A DNA stretch of 37,292 nucleotides from Octopus sinensis. Taxonomy: Eukaryota. Of this stretch, positions 31,850-37,292 are shown piece after piece. The position numbers were made by a program, and so were the translations under genes. A model generated the notes under the pieces. It was not told the DNA's origin. It searched no databases and was given only the letters and a program-made list of their open reading frames with translations. How positions within the stretch are numbered: position 1 is the stretch's first letter; each line of letters starts with the position of its first letter. The stretch spans positions 1 through 37,292 of the forward strand of contig NW_021835935.1 in NCBI RefSeq assembly GCF_006345805.1. Direction: 5' to 3'.

Positions 31850-32800
31850 TGGTTCCTTTTCAGAGCAAAAAATATGGGTTCTACCCTTTACATTCAGGAA
31901 GGAGGATGGTGAGAGGATAAAGATCTCAGAAATTCCACCAGAGGTAAATCTCTATATATATAAAGCTGAAGTTGTCTGTGTATGGCAGGTTTGGTAGCCT
32001 TCAACTAACACTATCTCCTCCAAGACCTTGCAGTGCAAGTTGACCAAAATTGAGAGTATGATAGAAGAAGGCTTGCTCTTCCATCCGTAGAATAAAAAAT
32101 TCAAATTGGACCATGTTAACACCAAAAATTATTTACATCAAAAAGGTGCTTTTTTTCTATGAGAATCCCTATTTTTTACGATTTTTTGACTGCTGTGTCA
32201 CCATTTTTCGGTGTATTTCAACCAGAAAAATGTTCGCTTAAAGAGAATAACAAGCTACATAATGCAAAATTTTTACTTTTCAAAAATTCCAATTCTAAAG
32301 GGTCGAAACCAACCCGAGCAACGCTGGGCAATACTGCTAGTTTATGATAGATTTTAGCGTGAATCATTTTGGAAGGAAGTAGCAGCCTCCTGAATATGAA
32401 GTGGACACATCGTGAAAATTGGATCAGTGTGGAGATGCTACTCCACATTAAACCAGACATGGTCCACAAGATCCCAGACTTCATTCACCTTCCTGGAGGG
32501 GAAGAGCTACATGTTACAGATGACAGGCCACTTAAGAGCTTTCTGTCCCCAGCAGGAGACAGGGAACCATAGAACCTGGTTACTACCAACACCCGGACCT
32601 CAAAGACCTCAACAACTAAATCAGCAACAATCAGTAACAAAAGTGGCACCAACCCCAGCAATGACAGCATCATGAACAACAGGAACAGCAAAGACAGTAG
32701 ATGCTGGAGGAACACCAACAACAACAGCAACACCAACAACACCAATAATACCAGCAGCAGATACACCACCACCATTTTCAACAGCAGAAAGAATAATAGT
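31850..32800 (+). pseudogene. Possible gag-like LINE ORF1 remnant interrupted by a Helitron
   Basis: RIKISEIPPE before the Helitron; KIPDFIHLPGGEELHV..RP then GHLRAFCP (half zinc knuckle) after it; T/P-rich tail. Confidence 0.35.
31949..32340 (+). mobile_element. Non-autonomous Helitron
   Basis: A|TCTCTATATATATAAAG ... CCCGAGCAACGCTGGG CAATACTG CTAG|T; termini shared with 21633-22006. Confidence 0.8.
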
Positions 32801-33164
32801 AACAGACACCCACAACTTCCAGAGACATTCCTGACAAAGCTCTCCCTCTCAATCCCTCTCTCCATTTCCTCTGAATTGAAATATATACATAGACTTGCAC
32901 CCTGATTCCACAGATGTGGACACCTTTGCATCACATGATGAAGATAAGGAAGAACCTCCAAAACCAAACAAAAAAATAATAAAACACAATAAAACACCAT
33001 ACTCTACACCAACACGCATGCACCAAAAAAAGCATAGAAAACATACCCACAACAGACACAGGCACATTTACAGCATCACCAACCCTCCAGTCATGTAATT
33101 GATTTCCTCTTCTCTCAAAACAGCTGACCATGTGCCAAAGTTTGAAACAATGATTATTATTATT

Positions 33165-33715
33165 ATTGAGCAGTGCATGTCTTCAAAGTGACACTGGGGT
33201 ACAAATATACGAAGCCCAATATACCCATCATGACTACCCATCTGATAAGGTTACACCAAGCACATGCATCACAATCATGTGTGTGCGACATGGTGATCTC
33301 ATATCAAGATAAACAGCACATGACCTTGCAGGTGGAGCCCAGTTAGAATTTTCTTCAGGTCGAGTAGCCCATCCCACTCAAAAGGTCCCTGAATAGGGGT
33401 TGTTTAAGGATGTTGAACGAAACACACATGTTTCCAAGGGTGAATTATCCAAACCCCAAAGAATTGCTCTCAGCACATGGCTATGACGTTTCCCCACTAC
33501 TTCTGCTCGTGATCAGAGATGCACATATCATCAACCATCAAGGGACATGCTCAACTGGTTAAGGTCAAGTAACTGACAAGCAAATCTGTGGTATTGAGCA
33601 GAATATTTGCTGTAGCCCATCTTTTATACCAAGACAAAACAATGTACATGATAACACTTCCAATCAGTTAAGATCAGAAGCCACGAGAGTCACAGCCTGG
33701 TACTGCATCAGGGCA
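33165..33715. repeat. Unclassified ~560-bp interspersed repeat, copy 2
   Basis: Colinear with 2323-2880; (ATT)n both sides. Confidence 0.85.
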
Positions 33716-33775
33716 TTTATTATTATTATTATTATCATTATTATTATTATTTATTATTATTATTATTATTATTAA

Positions 33776-33928
33776 GGTGGTAGAATCGTTAGCATGCCAG
33801 GCAAGATGCTTAGTAGCATTTCATTCATCTTTACAATCTGAGTTCAAATTCCGCTGAGGTTAACTTTACCTTTCATCCTTTTGGGGTTGGTATATTAAGT
33901 ACCAGCTGAGTACTGGGGTTGATGTAAT
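33776..33928 (+). mobile_element. Family B SINE (truncated)
   Basis: gtggtagaatcgttagca..gagttcaaattcc..cctttcatccttttgggg..ttaagtaccag. Confidence 0.7.
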
Positions 33929-34206
33929 TGCCTCCTTCGGATTTCCACTTACTCAGGTCTCTGCAGAATAGTCTTAATAGTAAAAATTTCAATTCCTTGG
34001 ATGACGTAAAAAGATACCTTGATGAATTCTTTGCCATAAAGCCACCTCAGTTCTGGGAAGAGGGTATTTTCAAGTTAAAGGAAAGACGGAGACACATTGT
34101 GCAAAAAGATGGTTCATATCTGGTTGATTAAAAATGTAATGGCAAGTATTTATTGATCTTTTTCTTTCCTTTAAAATTCAGCACAAACTTTCCAGACAAC
34201 CCAATA
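33929..34206 (+). mobile_element. Mariner transposase C-terminus + right TIR
   Basis: PPSDFHLLRSLQNSLNSKNFNSLDDVK..FFAIKPPQFWEEGIFKLKER..IVQKDGSYLVD*; ends aaactttccagacaacccaata|TA. Confidence 0.85.
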
Positions 34207-34232
34207 TTATTACTATTACTATTACTGGAAAG

Positions 34233-34440
34233 GTGTTGAGCTGGCAGAATTGTTAGCACACCGGGCAAAATGGCTAGTGGCATTTCATCCATCTTTATGT
34301 TCTGAGTTCAAATGCTGCTGAAGTCGACTTTGCTTTTCATCCTTTCAAGATCAATAAAATAGATACCAGTTATGTACTGGGGTCAATGAAATTGACGAGT
34401 CGCCTCCCTCAAAATTTCAGGCCTTGTGCCTTTACTAGAA
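34233..34440 (+). mobile_element. Family B SINE
   Basis: gttgagctggcagaattgttagcacaccgggcaaaatg..gtcgactttgcttttcatcctttc. Confidence 0.75.
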
Positions 34441-34459
34441 AGGATTATTATTATTATCC

Positions 34460-34760
34460 GACTCGTGGCCGATGCCAGCGCCGCCTCGACTGGCTTCCGT
34501 GCCGGTGGCACATAAAATACACCAATCCGACCGTGACCGTTGCCAGCCTCGCCTGGCACCTGTGCAGGTGGCACGTAAAAATCCCCCACTACACTCACGG
34601 AGTGGTTGGCGTTAGGAAGGGCATCCACCTGTAGAAACATTGCCAGATAAGCCTGGAGCCTGGTGCAGCCTTCTGGCTTCCCAGATCCCCAGTCGAACCG
34701 TCCAACCCATGCTAGCATGGAGAACGGACGTTAAACGATGATGATGATGATGATGATGAT
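34460..34760 (+). mobile_element. RTE 3'-UTR copy
   Basis: ggcacgtaaaa..cccactacactcacggagtggttggcgttaggaagggcatcc..acccatgctagcatggagaacggacgttaaacgatgatgat. Confidence 0.8.
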
Positions 34761-35259
34761 TATTATTATTAGTATTATTATTATTATTTAATTGTAGTTT
34801 CATTCAATTTCATTAACTTGTTTCATATCGACATATTACCTGAGATTGCTTCTATTTTCTACAACATAAAAACAGCCTATTTTTAAAATGTTGATGTTTA
34901 AATGAAAAACCTTCTGTCATAATATTATATAAGAATCTTTTGTTAAGTAATGTTACAAACACCAGCTTAATTTAGCAATGAATTAAAAAATTAGAGTGTT
35001 TTCTTATTCAAACTCCTTCTGAATTCTTGATTATTTTCAAAACTAATTGAAATACATTTGATAATGAATTTTCATCTATGAAAGCATTTATGGCTGTTGT
35101 TGATGTTGTCCTGTTGTTTGTTCTTTCTACTTTTCTCTGTATTTTTGTGGCGTTATAAGAATTAAACTTGATTGCATTAATTAAACTGGAAATTAAGAGC
35201 GTTAGCAGCCTGATCTTCATATTCCTTGATCAGCAACTTAACCACATAGTCGTGTATGA

Positions 35260-35293
35260 GTCTGTGTGTGTGTGTGTTTGTGTGTGTGTGTGC

Positions 35294-35347
<54 letters not shown>

Positions 35348-35606
35348 ACGTGCACATATATATGTATTGTTTTACTTGTTTCAGTCTGCAGCCATGCTGG
35401 AGCACAACACACACACACACTCACAGACGCACACATATACATTTATATATATATGTATATATATATATATACATATATATATATAAATATATATATGTAT
35501 ATATACATATACATAAACACACAAATATATGCATACAGTTATAAAGAGAGAGGAGAGGAAGGGGAGAAGAATGATATGTATGTACATATATGAGTGTGTA
35601 TATATT

Positions 35607-35649
<43 letters not shown>

Positions 35650-35811
35650 GTGAGTGTGTGTGTATGTGTATGTATATGCATCACTCTCTGTGTGTATGTA
35701 TATACGTATGTATCACTCCTTTTATATATGTAGATATGTATGTATCCATGTATGTGTGTGCACGTGTATATATAGTATGTGTATGTATATATATGTATGT
35801 ATGCATGTATG

Positions 35812-35879
<68 letters not shown>

Positions 35880-36018
35880 GAGAGAGAGAAATATATGTAT
35901 GTACATATATAGAAATATATGTATATATTTATGTATACATATATATGCAGATACACAGACACAGACACACTCACACACACTCACACACACACACACACAC
36001 ACACACACCACACACACA

Positions 36019-36049
<31 letters not shown>

Positions 36050-36453
36050 CAAACATGCGCATATATATATAATTGAATATGAAAGGGCTCAACCAGGAAG
36101 CTAAAAAAACTCCTCAATATGTTTCATCATTTCTAGGATAATAATATAATTTACCAAAAAAAAAAGACATCGCAAATATTTGTTTACCATATTTTTGTCT
36201 CTATTCACGTGAAAACATTGATTTCTAAGGAATATATCTGGCTTTTGCAATTCTTAACATGATCGCTATGAATGCACATATTGCACTCACTATATATGAC
36301 TATAATAGATAAATGCATAATCTACATTTATTTCTGTAGCTTTCAAAACATTGCCGTCATCAGATAATGTACAGGTGTGCATTTAGATGTAACGTTGCAC
36401 AGGTAAGCAGTTCCATATCTTTCTTATTGTTGTGCATGTGTACATATGTAAAT

Positions 36454-36494
<41 letters not shown>

Positions 36495-36649
36495 CTTACA
36501 TACACATGTACATATACATACATACACACATGCATACATACGATCATAGATATATATGTATGCATGTACAGATAACTATGTATGTATGTATGTATGTATG
36601 TATATATGTATGTATGTATGTATTTATCTATCTATCTATCTATCTATCG

Positions 36650-36681
<32 letters not shown>

Positions 36682-36741
36682 GATAATGATAAGGATGATG
36701 GTTACATGACACGTGTACGTGTACCTGTGTGTGTGTGGTGT

Positions 36742-36786
<45 letters not shown>

Positions 36787-36810
36787 GTGTGCATGCATGT
36801 GTGTGTGTAG
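35260..36810. repeat. Extended (TG)n/(TA)n/(CA)n/(TATG)n microsatellite region
   Basis: Direct reading; a short family A SINE tail fragment at ~35375-35403. Confidence 0.9.
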
Positions 36811-37292
36811 ATAGGGAAATTATAAAAACCACTGAGCAGTGAACTAAGCACAATAATGAGAGGGTTTTAATCGCCCATGTTTTGGGTTCCATTTCCACCA
36901 GTCCTCACATTATCTTTTAACTTTCTGACATTCTAAAATAAACACAAGTTGATGTAGTTGCCATTGTTTAGCCCTAGGTTAACAAAAAACCAGCAGATGT
37001 GTCATCAAATTTGTCTTTATCCCGACCATAACTTCCATGATTTACTTCAAACTGAGCACTCCAGCTATTAAGATTGACCATGTATTTACACCTTGATAGT
37101 TCCTTTCTAGAATATAGGCTTGGGCAAGTTTTTTTTTTCAAAGTATAGAAGAGTATCTGTTACACATATAAGAAGTCTCTTGTCTCCAAGCCATCAATAT
37201 AATCTGTGGAAAGAGAAAAGGCTGATACATCTTGTTCCGGTATTGGTACAGACTAAGTCAGAGCATAAACAGTTGACACAAAGACTACAAGA

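Noticed and set aside
36315-36370. Minus-strand CTGATGA...GAAA...GTAG motif
   Set aside because: Stem II is only wobble pairs and stem I does not form; likely chance.
1-37292. CRISPR arrays, rRNA, bona fide tRNA genes, prokaryotic operons
   Set aside because: None seen; tRNA-like A/B boxes all belong to SINE heads, and regularly spaced repeats are microsatellite or minisatellite in nature.

Overview
Eukaryotic, microsatellite-saturated, almost entirely repeat-derived DNA. The SINE/LINE repertoire and repeat density suggest an octopus/coleoid cephalopod (inference). No host protein-coding exon is supported; most short ORFs in the track are translations of simple repeats. Main contents: (1) a near full-length CR1-type LINE on the minus strand (~12.0-16.2 kb) with a frameshifted APE+RT ORF2 and an unusual ORF1 (RING-like Cys motif plus polyQ minisatellite), bordered upstream by a ~930-bp fold-back element and an E2F/CCAAT/E-box/TATA promoter-like module; (2) several R4/Dong-like (RLE) LINE remnants sitting in (TAA)n tracts; (3) RTE LINE fragments and 3' tails; (4) three tRNA-derived SINE families; (5) two non-autonomous Helitrons, a piggyBac-like MITE and a mariner remnant; (6) most notably, a cluster of hammerhead-ribozyme motifs between 5.6 and 11 kb. 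One (7091-7210) has a complete catalytic core and an unusually long stem II, and a two-copy family carries a shared non-canonical core. These are probably Penelope-like/retrozyme-like elements. All calls are by eye; coordinates of degenerate repeats are approximate.
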